Positions 7,343-8,653 of a stretch of 8,653 bases of DNA are shown piece by piece. How positions within the stretch are numbered: the stretch's first letter is position 1; every line of letters begins with the position of its first letter. This stretch comes from a virus (lineage: Duplodnaviria; Heunggongvirae; Uroviricota; Caudoviricetes). The position numbers and the translations under genes are program-made. The notes under the pieces are model-generated. The model was not told the origin of the DNA. It searched no databases and saw nothing but the letters and a program-made list of their open reading frames with translations. The DNA is taken from positions 1 to 8,653 of IMG/VR virus record IMGVR_UViG_2526164666_000018; one strand, written 5' to 3'.

Positions 7343-8653
7343 AAATGTCCACCATTCCCACCCTTCTGGGGCCGGACGGCATGACATCGCTGCGTGAATA
7401 TGCCGGTTATCACGGCGGTGGCAGCGGATTTGGTGGGCAGTTGCGGGCGTGGAACCCACCGGGTGAAAGTGTGGATGCAGCCCTGCTGCCCAACTTTACC
7501 CGTGGCAATGCCCGCGCAGACGATCTGGTACGCAATAACGGCTATGCCGCCAACGCCATCCAGTTGCATCAGGATCATATCGTCGGGTCTTTTTTCCGAC
7601 TCAGTCATCGCCCAAGCTGGCGCTATCTGGGCATCGGGGAGGAAGAAGCCCGTGCCTTTTCCCGCGAGGTTGAAGCGGCATGGAAAGAGTTTGCCGAAGA
7701 TGACTGTTGCTGCATTGACGTTGAGCGAAAACGCACGTTTACCATGATGATTCGGGAAGGTGTGGCCATGCACGCCTTTAACGGTGAACTGTTCGTTCAG
7801 GCCACCTGGGATACCCGTCCCTCGCGACTGTTCCGGACACAGTTCCGGATGGTCAGCCCGAAGCGCATCAGCAACCCGAACAATACCGGCGACAGCCGGA
7901 ACTGCCGTGCCGGTGTGCAGATTAATGACAGCGGTGCGGCGCTGGGATATTACGTCAGCGAGGACGGGTATCCTGGCTGGATGCCGCAGAAATGGACATG
8001 GATACCCCGCGAGTTACCCGGCGGTCGTGCTTCGTTCATTCACGTCTTTGAACCCGTGGAGGACGGGCAGACCCGCGGTGCAAATGTGTTTTACAGCGTG
8101 ATGGAGCAGATGAAGATGCTCGACACGCTGCAGAACACGCAGCTGCAGAGCGCCATTGTGAAGGCGATGTATGCCGCCACCATTGAGAGTGAGCTGGATA
8201 CGCAGTCAGCGATGGATTTTATTCTGGGCGCGAACAGTCAGGAGCAGCGGGAAAGGCTGACCGGCTGGATTGGTGAAATTGCCGCGTATTACTCCGCAGC
8301 ACCGGTCCGTCTGGGAGGCGCAAAAGTGCCGCACCTGATGCCGGGGGACTCACTGAACCTGCAGACGGCTCAGGACACGGATAACGGCTACTCCGTGTTT
8401 GAGCAGTCACTGCTGCGGTATATCGCTGCCGGGCTGGGTGTCTCGTATGAGCAGCTTTCCCGGAATTACGCCCAGATGAGCTACTCCACGGCACGGGCCA
8501 GTGCGAACGAGTCGTGGGCGTACTTTATGGGGCGGCGAAAATTCGTCGCATCCCGTCAGGCGAGCCAGATGTTTCTGTGCTGGCTGGAAGAGGCCATCGT
8601 TCGCCGCGTGGTGACGTTACCTTCAAAAGCGCGCTTCAGCTTTCAGGAAGCCC
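7339..8653 (+). CDS. B: Portal protein (gpB-like), 5' portion; the ORF continues past the window end
   Basis: ATG at 7339 overlaps the ancestral W stop (ATGA). Frame 1 is open to the window end (438 codons). Translation MKMSTIPTLLGPDGMTSLREYAGYHGGGSGFGGQLRAWNPPGESVDAALLPNFTRGNARADDLVRNNGYAANAIQLHQDHIVGSFFRLSHRPSWRYLGIGEEEARAF... is near-identical to lambda gpB as recalled. It is absent from the ORF track only because no stop lies in the window. Confidence 0.9.

Overview
This window is the late region of a lambdoid (lambda-like) enterobacterial phage or prophage, all on the + strand except two small minus-strand genes. In order: (1) the 3' end of an ORF that starts upstream of the window; (2) a ~450-bp non-coding stretch with a degenerate tandem repeat and an intrinsic terminator; (3) a lysis cassette of the phage-21/Stx-phage type (pinholin S, SAR endolysin R, overlapping spanins Rz/Rz1) interrupted between S and R by two convergent, 3'-overlapping ORFs of unknown function; (4) an AT-rich moron-like island between Rz and cos, where lambda carries bor, with a small basic + strand ORF and a minus-strand ribbon-helix-helix-like ORF sharing a bidirectional terminator; (5) an intact lambda-type cos site (cosQ/cosN/cosB) whose cosB repeats differ from lambda; (6) packaging and head genes Nu1, A, W and B (B runs off the window end). 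A and W each appear to carry a single-base frameshift relative to the lambda organisation. All homology statements come from reading the translations and from memory of lambda and Stx-phage proteins; no database search or alignment was run. The best candidate for something undescribed is the two-gene insertion inside the lysis cassette, followed by the Rz-cos island.
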